The position numbers were made by a program, and so were the translations under genes. A stretch of DNA of 48,697 nt from an uncultured Thiohalophilus sp. Its GTDB lineage: Bacteria > Pseudomonadota > Gammaproteobacteria > UBA6429 > Thiohalophilaceae. Location: NCBI GenBank assembly GCA_964596835.1, contig CAZQVV010000004.1, forward strand, positions 1 to 48,697, written 5' to 3'. Below the pieces are notes generated by a model, which searched no databases, was not told the origin of the DNA, and was given only the letters and a program-made list of their open reading frames with translations. Below are positions 29,245 through 38,361 of the stretch, piece after piece; position 1 is the first letter of the stretch, and every line of letters begins with the position of its first letter.

Positions 29245-30540
29245 TTAGTAATTCTGACCACTGCACTTTTTGGTTTTGACGTTATAGTTGCCGCAGGACA
29301 AAGGCGCGCGCCAGTCAGAAATAAGATCCTTGGAACCCGGCAGATAATTGGACCAGGCATCACCGGCCACCATGCCCGAGGTTTTCCAGACAATATCAAA
29401 CTGGCCGTCTTTTTGGATCTCACCAATGAATACCGGTTTGGTAATATGATGATTAGGCATCATTGCCGCATAACCACCTGACAGATTCGGCACCGTAATG
29501 CCAATCAGTGCTTTCTGAACGGCTGTGGAATCAGTGGTGCCAGCTTTTTCAACGGCTTTGACCCACATATTGAAGCCAATATAATCTGCTTCCATCGGAT
29601 CGTTGGTTACGCGCTTCTTGTTTTTAATGAATTTATGCCAGTTCTTGATGAAGGTTCTGTTTGCAGGAGAATCAATACTCATGAAGTAATTCCAGGCAGC
29701 CATATGCCCCACCAATGGCCTTGCATCAAGACCGGATAGCTCTTCTTCACCCACCGAAAAGGCCATTACAGGAATATCTTCAGCCGAAATACCCTGGTTA
29801 GCGAGTTCCTTATAGAAGGGAATATTGGCGTCACCATTAATGGTGGATACCACAGCCGTTTTCTTGCCGGTACTACCAAATTTCTTAATCTGCGAGACGA
29901 TCGACTGCCAGTCAGAATAACCGAAGGGCGTGTAGTTGATCATGATGTCTTTTTCCTTAACCCCCTTTGAGAGCAGATAGGCCTTGAGAATTTTATTGGT
30001 GGTACGTGGGTAAACGTAGTCGGTACCCGCCAGAACCCAGCGTTTAACGCCCACTTCATTCATCAGATAATTAACCGCAGGTATCGCTTGCTGATTAGGC
30101 GCGGCGCCAGTGTAGAATATATTTTTCGAAGATTCCTCACCCTCATACTGCACGGGATAAAAGAGAATACTGTTCAGTTCTTCGAATACTGGCAATACCG
30201 ATTTACGTGAAACCGAAGTCCAGCAACCAAACACCACCGCAACATGATCCTTGCTGATCAGTTCGCGCGCTTTTTCAGCAAACAGCGGCCAGTTAGAAGC
30301 CGGATCGACCACGACAGGTACGAGTTTCTTTCCCAGCAACCCCCCTTTTTTGTTCTGCTCGTCAATTAGCATCAACATGGTGTCTTTCAGAGTCGTCTCT
30401 GAAATCGCCATAGTGCCGGATAGTGAATGCAAAACACCCACCTTGATAGTGTCTCCCGCCCAGGCCAGCGTGGTACTAAGCAATGATGAGGCGGTCAGTA
30501 CTGCAGCGATCGCCAGTTTTCTAAGATTTTTTGTTGTCAT
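29245..30540 (-). CDS. urtA: Urea ABC transporter substrate-binding protein UrtA
   Basis: Signal peptide plus GDTIKVGVLHSLSGTMAISE (UrtA/FmdD-like type I periplasmic binding protein). Confidence 0.92.
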   Translation of the reverse strand: MTTKNLRKLAIAAVLTASSLLSTTLAWAGDTIKVGVLHSLSGTMAISETTLKDTMLMLIDEQNKKGGLLGKKLVPVVVDPASNWPLFAEKARELISKDHVAVVFGCWTSVSRKSVLPVFEELNSILFYPVQYEGEESSKNIFYTGAAPNQQAIPAVNYLMNEVGVKRWVLAGTDYVYPRTTNKILKAYLLSKGVKEKDIMINYTPFGYSDWQSIVSQIKKFGSTGKKTAVVSTINGDANIPFYKELANQGISAEDIPVMAFSVGEEELSGLDARPLVGHMAAWNYFMSIDSPANRTFIKNWHKFIKNKKRVTNDPMEADYIGFNMWVKAVEKAGTTDSTAVQKALIGITVPNLSGGYAAMMPNHHITKPVFIGEIQKDGQFDIVWKTSGMVAGDAWSNYLPGSKDLISDWRAPLSCGNYNVKTKKCSGQNY

Positions 30541-30560
30541 AATAAAAACTCCCGTATGTT

Positions 30561-31700
30561 TTAAATCTGAAATTGCATGCCAAATAAAACAGCATTGTGA
30601 TCGATACCCTTTACGCCGCTGGCGCTGGCGTCACCGCTGGTCAGATTCAGGTTTAACTTGAGGTTCTGACCGGATATCACATAGTTAACACCCACTTCAG
30701 TCAATGAACTGCTATCACCAACCGAGGGATTATTACTGGTATAACGCACATAAGGCTGGTATTTGCCCGGGCCTGTCTGATTACCGATCAAATAGGCAAA
30801 ACTCGCGAAATACGCGGAGCCATCAAACATGGAGAAAGTGGGGGTTAGCGCCGCAGTAGAAATATCAAAGGACTTGTATTCACCTTCAATCGTGACTGCA
30901 GCACCATTCATTAGTGGCTTTTCAAACAGACCATCAATGGCATAACCTGTGAACGAACCCGACTGCGTAGCGGTACCATAACCATCCCCTTGATGTTGAG
31001 CGGAAATAGCTAACGTCAGGATATTACCGGCTTTGCCATAATAGGTGCTGCTGGTGTAATAACCCGGATTGGATTCTTTATTAAGAAAATTGTAAGCCAT
31101 GCGCGTGGCGAACAAGGGTGCATCTGTTTGATTAGCTTTGCCACTGTAACCATCAAACACACCAATGGCATACTGGAATTTTCCCAGACTGCCCCAGGCC
31201 GTGACACCATCGTCACGGCCATAGGTGCCCGCCACACCGTTCGCGCCGTGTTTGCTATCATTGTCAGAAGGATAAAGAGGCACGCTGTACTGGCCCCAGG
31301 TAAGACCATAAAACGGTCCGTTCATTTCGATGCGATCAGCCGGCGTCAACATACGCCCCATCCATACATTGAACTTTTTAGTGGGTTCATACTGAACGAT
31401 AGCATCCAGTACGCCGTATTCGCCCCACATTTTGTCCGTACCAAAATAAAATTTAAAGTCTTTGGTGGCCTGTCCTGAGATATACAAACGCATATTTTCA
31501 AGATTGAAATTATTAGCCCGGCTGGTGCCGTTTGGCGCACCATCGCCAACAGAGGCGACGGAAGTGCGTATTCCTGCGCCAAAGCTGATCCAGCGGGTAT
31601 TATCAATCTGAATTTTGCCGCCGGCCCACACCGGCGCACTGCTTGCAATAAGCAGGCTACTCAAAAGCAGCGATTTCCCAACTACATTTTTTCTTTGCAT
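30561..31700 (-). CDS. Outer-membrane porin, probable urea/short-chain-amide porin (FmdC-like by context)
   Basis: Signal peptide MQRKNVVGKSLLLSSLLIASSAPVWA. Gly/Tyr-rich sequence with an alternating beta-strand pattern. Lies 20 nt upstream of urtA. Start trimmed to ATG 31700. Confidence 0.7.
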   Translation of the reverse strand: MQRKNVVGKSLLLSSLLIASSAPVWAGGKIQIDNTRWISFGAGIRTSVASVGDGAPNGTSRANNFNLENMRLYISGQATKDFKFYFGTDKMWGEYGVLDAIVQYEPTKKFNVWMGRMLTPADRIEMNGPFYGLTWGQYSVPLYPSDNDSKHGANGVAGTYGRDDGVTAWGSLGKFQYAIGVFDGYSGKANQTDAPLFATRMAYNFLNKESNPGYYTSSTYYGKAGNILTLAISAQHQGDGYGTATQSGSFTGYAIDGLFEKPLMNGAAVTIEGEYKSFDISTAALTPTFSMFDGSAYFASFAYLIGNQTGPGKYQPYVRYTSNNPSVGDSSSLTEVGVNYVISGQNLKLNLNLTSGDASASGVKGIDHNAVLFGMQFQI

Positions 31701-31967
31701 TTCTAGATTCCTGTTGCTATGGCCAAGGGGCCGGTTAAAGGTCAAGGAAAAAGTCAGGCGATGTGCAGAACCATAAAATAGCCGCCTGACTTTTATGAGT
31801 ATCGAGTTTAAACACAGCCGGGCCGGTACAAAATTCGGCAACTGGCGCAGAGGCATACGTCAAATGACGCATGGCCCACAAATTGCTGATGAGATATTTA
31901 TTTAATACTTTATAATAAGAAGCTGACAGCCAGGCATGGCCGCATTGACAGGTATGACAGATTTTCC

Positions 31968-34900
31968 ATGAGCATAAATAAAGATGCCTTGCTGATTAGG
32001 CGTGAGTACAACCAATGGGTGGCGAATGAAACCCTGGAAGACTACGCCCTGCGTTATACCGCCAAACAGGCCCGACGCTGGTCAGCCAGCTCGGTGGCCA
32101 ATACCGCCCTGGGGATTGTCTCTTTTCTGGCGCTGGAGGCTATTGGCGGCGCTATTACCCTGAATTACGGCTTTACTAACGCCATGTGGGCGATCCTGGT
32201 GGTCGGCGCAATCATTTTCCTCTCCGGATTACCCCTGTCCTATTATGCCGCCCGCGATGGTGTGGATATCGATCTCCTCACCCGTGGGGCCGGGTTCGGT
32301 TATATCGGTTCCACCATTTCATCATTGATCTACGCCTCGTTTACCTTTATTTTCTTTGCCCTGGAAGCCGCGATCATGTCGATGGCCATCCATATGATGG
32401 TTAATATCCCACTATCCCTGGCCTACGTGATCAGCGCGGTCGTGATCATCCCCCTGGTGACCCACGGGATCAGCCGTATTTCCCGTTTTCAGGCCTGGAC
32501 CCAGCCCATCTGGTTATTTATGCAGATCTTGCCGCTGGTTTTTATCGCGGCCCATGAATCAGCCGCCTTTACCAACTGGATGACATTCACCGGTCTTGAG
32601 GCAGGAGGAAAGCAAGGATTTGATCTTCTGCTTTTTGGCGCAGCGGCAGCCGTCATTTTCCCCCTGATCGCGCAAAATGGTGAACAGGCCGATTTTTTAC
32701 GTTTTTTGCCCACCACCGATCAGTGCAAAAAAAGCCAGTGGTGGATGGCCGTGGTGGGCGCCGGGCCGGGCTGGGTGGTGTTTGGGGTCGTTAAACTGTT
32801 TATCGGCTCGTTTCTCGCAGTTCTGGCCCTGAGTCACGGCTTGCCGCCGTCGCTGGCCAGCGATCCGGCGCACATGTACACCGTGGCCTTCAAATATATT
32901 AGCGCGAATCCTGACATGGCCCTGTGGCTAGCCGGAATTTTCGTCATCATTTCACAATTGAAAATCAACGTTACCAATGCCTATGCCGGCTCCATCGCCT
33001 GGGGGAATTTTTTCTCGCGGCTGACGCATAATCACCCAGGACGGGTGGTCTGGCTGGTGTTCAATGTCGTGATTGCGCTGATGCTGATGGAACTAGGTCT
33101 GTATCAGGCCTTCGAACATATTTTGATCACCTATGCCAGCCTGGTAGTGGCCTGGATCGGCTGTGTTGTCGCCGATCTGGTAATCAATAAACCCCTGGGT
33201 TTAAGTCCTCCGCATATCGAGTTCAGACGCGGCCATCTCTATGACATCAATCCGGTCGGTGTGATTTCGATGTTGTTCGCTTCCTCTGTTGGCATCGCCG
33301 CCAACCTCGGCTTTTTCGGCAGGGTTGCCGAAGCGCTGGCTGCATTTTTATCTTTGTCGATCCCTTTTATCACCGTGCCTTTGATCGCATGGCTAACCCA
33401 GGGACGGTTTTATCTGGCTCGTCCTGAAGAAGAATCTGAATCTGAACCTGAATCTTCACAGCAGCATTGCCGCATGTGTGAAAACCTGTTTGATCATGAA
33501 GATATGAGTCATTGTCCCAGTTATGCAGGGCCCATCTGCTCCCTGTGTTGCGCGCTGGACGTGCGTTGTGCTGACCAATGCCGACCACAGGCCCATCTGG
33601 CGGCACAAACCTCAGCCCTGTTCAGCCGAATATTCCCCGCCTTTATTAATCAGAAACTGCATTCCGTAAGTGGGCGTTTTCTGGGTATATTCATAATAAC
33701 CGCCGGCATTATCGCCAGCCTGCTGGCGATAGTATTTTATGCCCGGCAGGAAAAATCACTGGCCGATCTGGCGCTGATCAGCAGCACATTGTGGCAGGTG
33801 TTTTTTCTGCTGTTGTTACTCACCGGGGTCTTAATCTGGCTTTATGTCCTGGCCCAGAAAAGCGCCCGTCTCGCACTTAACGAGACCCAGCTTCAAGCAG
33901 AATTGCTGACGCAGGAAGTCAATGCACATGAGGTAACGGCCGTCGAGCTGGCCCAGGCTCGCGATGTGGCCAATGCAGCCAACCGGGCCAAGTCACGTTA
34001 TTTATCAGGCGTTAGTCATGAACTCAGAACGCCCCTGAACACGATTTTTGGCTATGCCCAGCTTATGGAAGCGGATTCCCGGCTGGATGGCAAAAGCCGG
34101 AAAATCGCCACCGTGATAAAACGTAGCAGTGAGCACCTGTCCGATGTGATCGAGGGTTTGCTGGAAATTTCCAAAATTGAGGCGCGCAAGCTTGATCTGC
34201 ACCGTGACACCGTCAATCTGCGCTCGTTGATTCAACAACTTGAAGATATGTTTCGACCCCTGGCCGAGAGCAAGGGGATTGATTTTATTATTCATTGCCA
34301 GGCGGAATTGCCCCGTTTCGTTTCTATTGATGAAAAGCGGCTACGGCAGATCCTGTTGAATCTATTATCCAATGCGATCAAGTTCACCCCCGAAGGCAAG
34401 GTGGAACTGCATATCAGTTACCGCAACCAGGTTGCCCGCATGCAGATCAAAGACTCGGGGATTGGCATTGCAAAAACTGACCAGCAGAGAATTTTTGAAC
34501 CCTTCGAGCGCGTCCGCGACAGCCAGACTCAGCTTATTAGTGGAACCGGCCTGGGTCTGTCGATCAGCCGCCTGCTCGCTGAAATGATGGGCGGTAACCT
34601 TGAGCTGAAAAGCCAGCCCGGTCGCGGCAGTGAATTTTGCCTGAGTCTTTTTTTGCCCGGTGTGAGTGAGGGGATTGCAGTCAATCAAAGTCAGAGGGAT
34701 ATACAGGGCTATACCGGACACCCACAACATATCATGGTCGTCGATGATGAAAGCAGCCACCGGCATTTGATTCATGATTTTTTGCATCCTTTGGGCTTTA
34801 TCGTACATCAGGCTGAGTCCGGCAGGCAGGCGCTGGATTTATTAAAGGAACAATCGGTTGATCTGTTTTTACTGGATATTTCCATGCCCGGAATGGATGG

Positions 34901-35348
34901 CTGGCAGTTATTGACCGAGCTTCGCACGCGGGGATTCAGCGTGCCGGTGATCATACTCTCGGCGGAGTCCTATGACGATGCTCGGCTAAACCAGCAGAAT
35001 GCAGATTTTCAGACCTATATCAGCAAGCCCGTACGATTAGAAAAACTTCTGGAGCAATTACAACGCTGTCTTAACCTGAATTGGTACAGTTCTGAACCTG
35101 TATCTGATGCCGATGAAAATATCAATGATGAAGACCCCTGCCCGGATCAGGGATCCATCGCATCCCTGAGGGAGGTTGCAAAAATTGGCTACCTGAAAGG
35201 CGTACTTGAATATACCGAACAGATTGAATTGCAAAATCCGAAAACTCAATGGATAAGCCATCTGAGAACATTGGCAGATACCTGCGATCTGGATGGAATC
35301 GTGCGCGTCATCGATGATCTGGTTAAACTGAAAGGTAATGCCGACTAA
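31968..35348 (+). CDS. Hybrid sensor histidine kinase with N-terminal NCS1/CodB-like permease domain, Cys-rich linker, HisKA-HATPase-REC and C-terminal helical tail
   Basis: Residues 1 to about 480 are polytopic with CodB-like blocks (AKQARRWS, LLTRGAGFGYIGS, QADFLRF). An 8-Cys cluster spans residues 501-538. It has SHELRTPLN, DSGIGI, GTGLGLSI and REC DLFLLDISMPGMDG...ISKP. Confidence 0.85.
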   Translation: MSINKDALLIRREYNQWVANETLEDYALRYTAKQARRWSASSVANTALGIVSFLALEAIGGAITLNYGFTNAMWAILVVGAIIFLSGLPLSYYAARDGVDIDLLTRGAGFGYIGSTISSLIYASFTFIFFALEAAIMSMAIHMMVNIPLSLAYVISAVVIIPLVTHGISRISRFQAWTQPIWLFMQILPLVFIAAHESAAFTNWMTFTGLEAGGKQGFDLLLFGAAAAVIFPLIAQNGEQADFLRFLPTTDQCKKSQWWMAVVGAGPGWVVFGVVKLFIGSFLAVLALSHGLPPSLASDPAHMYTVAFKYISANPDMALWLAGIFVIISQLKINVTNAYAGSIAWGNFFSRLTHNHPGRVVWLVFNVVIALMLMELGLYQAFEHILITYASLVVAWIGCVVADLVINKPLGLSPPHIEFRRGHLYDINPVGVISMLFASSVGIAANLGFFGRVAEALAAFLSLSIPFITVPLIAWLTQGRFYLARPEEESESEPESSQQHCRMCENLFDHEDMSHCPSYAGPICSLCCALDVRCADQCRPQAHLAAQTSALFSRIFPAFINQKLHSVSGRFLGIFIITAGIIASLLAIVFYARQEKSLADLALISSTLWQVFFLLLLLTGVLIWLYVLAQKSARLALNETQLQAELLTQEVNAHEVTAVELAQARDVANAANRAKSRYLSGVSHELRTPLNTIFGYAQLMEADSRLDGKSRKIATVIKRSSEHLSDVIEGLLEISKIEARKLDLHRDTVNLRSLIQQLEDMFRPLAESKGIDFIIHCQAELPRFVSIDEKRLRQILLNLLSNAIKFTPEGKVELHISYRNQVARMQIKDSGIGIAKTDQQRIFEPFERVRDSQTQLISGTGLGLSISRLLAEMMGGNLELKSQPGRGSEFCLSLFLPGVSEGIAVNQSQRDIQGYTGHPQHIMVVDDESSHRHLIHDFLHPLGFIVHQAESGRQALDLLKEQSVDLFLLDISMPGMDGWQLLTELRTRGFSVPVIILSAESYDDARLNQQNADFQTYISKPVRLEKLLEQLQRCLNLNWYSSEPVSDADENINDEDPCPDQGSIASLREVAKIGYLKGVLEYTEQIELQNPKTQWISHLRTLADTCDLDGIVRVIDDLVKLKGNAD

Positions 35349-36274
35349 TGCAAAAATTCAGAGATAAAATAACGGTTCTAGTCGTCGACGATTCACCGGA
35401 TTCACTGGGCATGATCAACATGGCTCTGGATGAGGCCGGCATTGCAGTATTAATTGCACTCAATGGCCAGCAGGCCATGAATGTGCTGGAGCAAGTCACC
35501 CCCGATATCATTTTACTGGATGCCATTATGCCGGTCATGGACGGTTTCGAATGCGCCCACGAAATTCGCAAAAAACTACCCTTGACGCCGATCATTTTCA
35601 TGACCGGTCTTAGCGAGGTTGAGCATATTGTCAAAGCCTTCGATGCGGGCGGTAATGATTATATTATTAAACCCATCCGCCCAGAAGAGTTGCTTGTTCG
35701 CATTCGCCAGCATACCAGTAGTGCGCGCATGCTGATCGAAGCCCAGAAAGCGCTGGACTCCATGCGCCAGCATGTGTTTTGCATCGATAAAAGCGGCAGG
35801 ATTTTATGGGCAACACCGGAAGCCCAGGCTTTATTAAATCAGTATCAACACCAGGAAGGCTGCGAAGCCACTGAATCCCGTCTCCGACTCAGCCGCTGGT
35901 TGCCTAATGGTCAGGCTGGACATGGCTTGGCCCTGCCGTTACAGCAGCAAAACATAGTGCTCACCGTGCATTATTTTAAACAGACTGAAGAGGATGAATA
36001 TCTTCTTAAAATTCAATCTCCAGACGTCGAAATTGATCCTGTGATCCTGGAGGAAAGTCTAGCCATAACCTCGCGTGAAGCCGAGGTACTATTATGGCTT
36101 GCACACGGCAAAACCAACCGGGAAATTGCAGAAATTCTTGAAATAAGTCCGAGAACTGTAAACAAACATCTGGAACAACTGTATCCTAAAATCGGTGCGG
36201 ACAATCGAACTGTGGCGGCGTCGGTTGCCATACAGATTATTCTTGGCGGACGCATGGGTTCCCCTCCCGGTTAA
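35348..36274 (+). CDS. Response regulator: REC + PAS-like middle region + LuxR/FixJ-type HTH
   Basis: VLVVDDSPDS...DIILLDAIMPVMDG...IIKP. C-terminal TSREAEVLLWLAHGKTNREIAEILEISPRTVNKHLEQLY. The start overlaps the kinase stop (TAATG). Confidence 0.88.
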   Translation: MQKFRDKITVLVVDDSPDSLGMINMALDEAGIAVLIALNGQQAMNVLEQVTPDIILLDAIMPVMDGFECAHEIRKKLPLTPIIFMTGLSEVEHIVKAFDAGGNDYIIKPIRPEELLVRIRQHTSSARMLIEAQKALDSMRQHVFCIDKSGRILWATPEAQALLNQYQHQEGCEATESRLRLSRWLPNGQAGHGLALPLQQQNIVLTVHYFKQTEEDEYLLKIQSPDVEIDPVILEESLAITSREAEVLLWLAHGKTNREIAEILEISPRTVNKHLEQLYPKIGADNRTVAASVAIQIILGGRMGSPPG

Positions 36275-36396
36275 TAAACTACCCCGCCGCAAGCCCCAAG
36301 GGATTAAACCCGCAACAATTAAAGTTTGTTCCATATTTCGCCGTTAATATCAAAAAGTTAAAACATATACACTCAACTCAGACGACAAATAAATCC

Positions 36397-36993
36397 ATGA
36401 ACATCATTTCCTCCCTATTGTTTGCCGGTGTCCTGTTTGTGCTTGCCAGTACCGGCGCACAGGCAGGCACGTTAAATGATGGCCTGCGCGCCTTCAAAGC
36501 CGGTGATTATCAGCAGGCGATGGCTTACTGGAAACCGCTGGCGGAAAAACACGATCCCGATGCACTGTACAACATCGGCCTGCTCTACATGAAAGGACTG
36601 GGGGTTAAAAAGAACTATCGCGCCACCAAACACTGGTTTAAGCAGGCGGCGAAATATGGCAGCGTGGATGCTGCTTATAATCTGGGCGTGATGTACAAAA
36701 AACGGCGTTTCGGCTACCCCAGCAGCAAGGATGCCCTCTACTGGTGGCGGCAGGCCGCCGCACGCGGACATCCTGCCTCCCAGTTTAACCTCGGCGTTAT
36801 GCTGGCCTACGGTAACGGCACGAGAAAAGATGTCCCCGCCGCGCTCAAATTATGGCAAAAAGCCGCCCGCCAGGGTAACGCCAACGCCATTCGCACGCTG
36901 GCGCAGGTCTATAAGAAGGGCCTGCTCGGCATCCCAGCCAATCCGGCCAAAGCCGCCTACTGGGAAAAAAGAGCACAACAGGCGCCACACTGA
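36397..36993 (+). CDS. Secreted Sel1-repeat (TPR-like) protein
   Basis: Signal peptide followed by about 4 Sel1 units (DPDALYNIGLLYMKGLGVKKNYRATKHWFKQAAKYG and others). Confidence 0.85.
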   Translation: MNIISSLLFAGVLFVLASTGAQAGTLNDGLRAFKAGDYQQAMAYWKPLAEKHDPDALYNIGLLYMKGLGVKKNYRATKHWFKQAAKYGSVDAAYNLGVMYKKRRFGYPSSKDALYWWRQAAARGHPASQFNLGVMLAYGNGTRKDVPAALKLWQKAARQGNANAIRTLAQVYKKGLLGIPANPAKAAYWEKRAQQAPH

Positions 36994-37021
36994 CGGGCCG
37001 GCGGATCTGCTAAGATAAACG

Positions 37022-37248
37022 CTAAATAACGGTTCCAAATACCCGTGTACTTTAGGAATGGCCGTTCGTCCTGAGCTTGTCGAAGGAAGCTTGTCGAAGG
37101 AAGCCCTTCGGCTTCGCTCAGGAGAGCCTTGTCGAAGGAAGCCCTTCGCGCTTCGCTCTACCCATCCTACTGTTTTTCGCTGCAAGTAGCGGGGAATAAC
37201 ACCCAAAGAGATTCACAAGTGATCGGGTATTTGGAACGCTTATTTTAG
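37022..37248. mobile_element. Family-A MITE-like element, copy A2, containing a family-C segment (37150-37219)
   Basis: Terminal inverted repeats ctaaataacggttccaaatacccg / cgggtatttggaacgcttattttag. Internal 2x tandem cttgtcgaaggaag. The right terminus includes the phoU stop codon (37245-37247). Confidence 0.7.
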
Positions 37249-37976
37249 CCCCGATCTCTGACGAAGTTGCGCGCATCATGAGCCACCTTGTCCACGCTGG
37301 TATGCCGCACGTCCTTGCCTTTGACCAAATAGATCACATATTCACAGATATTGCGGGAGCGATCACCGATGCGTTCCAATGCACGGGCGGACCACATCAT
37401 ATCCACTAGAATCGGGATAGTGCGAGGATCTTCCATCATGTAAGTCATGAGGTTGCGCAGAATGGTTTCATACTCCTGATCGACCTTTTTATCCCCACGT
37501 GCGACAGTAACCGCCGCATCACTGTCAGTTCGGGCAAAAGTATCCAGGGCATTGTGCAGGAGTTTGGCCACCAGATCGCCCATGTGAACGATTCCCGCCA
37601 GCATCTTGTTTTCACCTCCCTTTTCTGCAAAGTGCAGCGCCATGCGGCCGATACGCTCGGCTTCGTCGCCAATGCGTTCAAGATCGGTGATAGTTTTAAT
37701 AACCGCGATCACCAAACGCAAATCGCTGGCCGCCGGCTGACGCCGCGCCAGAATCTGGGTACATTCCTCATCAATGGAAACCTCCAGAGCATTCACCTTG
37801 TAATCATTGGTCACCACCACTTCCGCCAGTGAGGCATCTCTCGTGGTCAGAGCCTTGATAGCGTCGGCAAGCTGTTGCTCGACGATACCGCCCATATACA
37901 TAACGCGAGTCCGGATATCTTCCAGTTCCTCATTGAATTGTTGCGAAATATGCTGTCCCAGTTTTAGCTTGTCCAT
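37245..37976 (-). CDS. phoU: Phosphate signalling complex protein PhoU
   Basis: Two PhoU repeats with E(D)xxERIGD motifs (DLERIGDEAERI, ALERIGDRSRNI). Confidence 0.93.
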   Translation of the reverse strand: MDKLKLGQHISQQFNEELEDIRTRVMYMGGIVEQQLADAIKALTTRDASLAEVVVTNDYKVNALEVSIDEECTQILARRQPAASDLRLVIAVIKTITDLERIGDEAERIGRMALHFAEKGGENKMLAGIVHMGDLVAKLLHNALDTFARTDSDAAVTVARGDKKVDQEYETILRNLMTYMMEDPRTIPILVDMMWSARALERIGDRSRNICEYVIYLVKGKDVRHTSVDKVAHDARNFVRDRG

Positions 37977-38080
37977 AATCGTCTCTCAATCTTTTAAAGA
38001 AGATGCAAGACAAAAGATGAAGAGATAAAAGAAACTTGTATCTCTCCTCTTGATATCTTGTATCTTGTATCTGCCTTTAT

Positions 38081-38275
38081 TCATAGCGTCCTGTAGTAGT
38101 CTTCCGCCTTTTTCTTTTTCGGGTTAGTGAATATACGCCTAGTGCCGCCATACTCAATCAACTCACCCACGTACATGAACGCCGCGTAGTCGGATACGCG
38201 CCCGATCTGCTGCATGGTGTGCGTTACTATAATAATAGTCTATTTTTCCTTCAGTTCGTAGATCAGCGCTTCGAA
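38081..38275 (-). pseudogene. pstB: 3-prime remnant of pstB (phosphate ABC ATPase), about 64 codons with an internal TAG at 38240-38242
   Basis: The reverse-strand translation is [63 protein letters not shown]. This matches the PstB C-terminus (..ELK..[31 protein letters not shown]..IF.NP....TEDYI) as remembered. No Walker A, signature or Walker B motif lies upstream. Confidence 0.8.
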
Positions 38276-38281
38276 TAAATA

Positions 38282-38325
38282 ACCCCGCCGCAAGCAGCGG
38301 GGAATGACACCCAAAGAGATTCAGG
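38282..38325. repeat. Family-C short repeat, partial copy, abutting the pstB truncation point
   Basis: accccgccgcaagcagcggggaatgacacccaaagagattcagg matches the 3-prime half of 37150-37219. Confidence 0.65.
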
Positions 38326-38361
38326 GAGGTTTCCGGCTCCTTCCCGTCTGCGTGACAGTAG

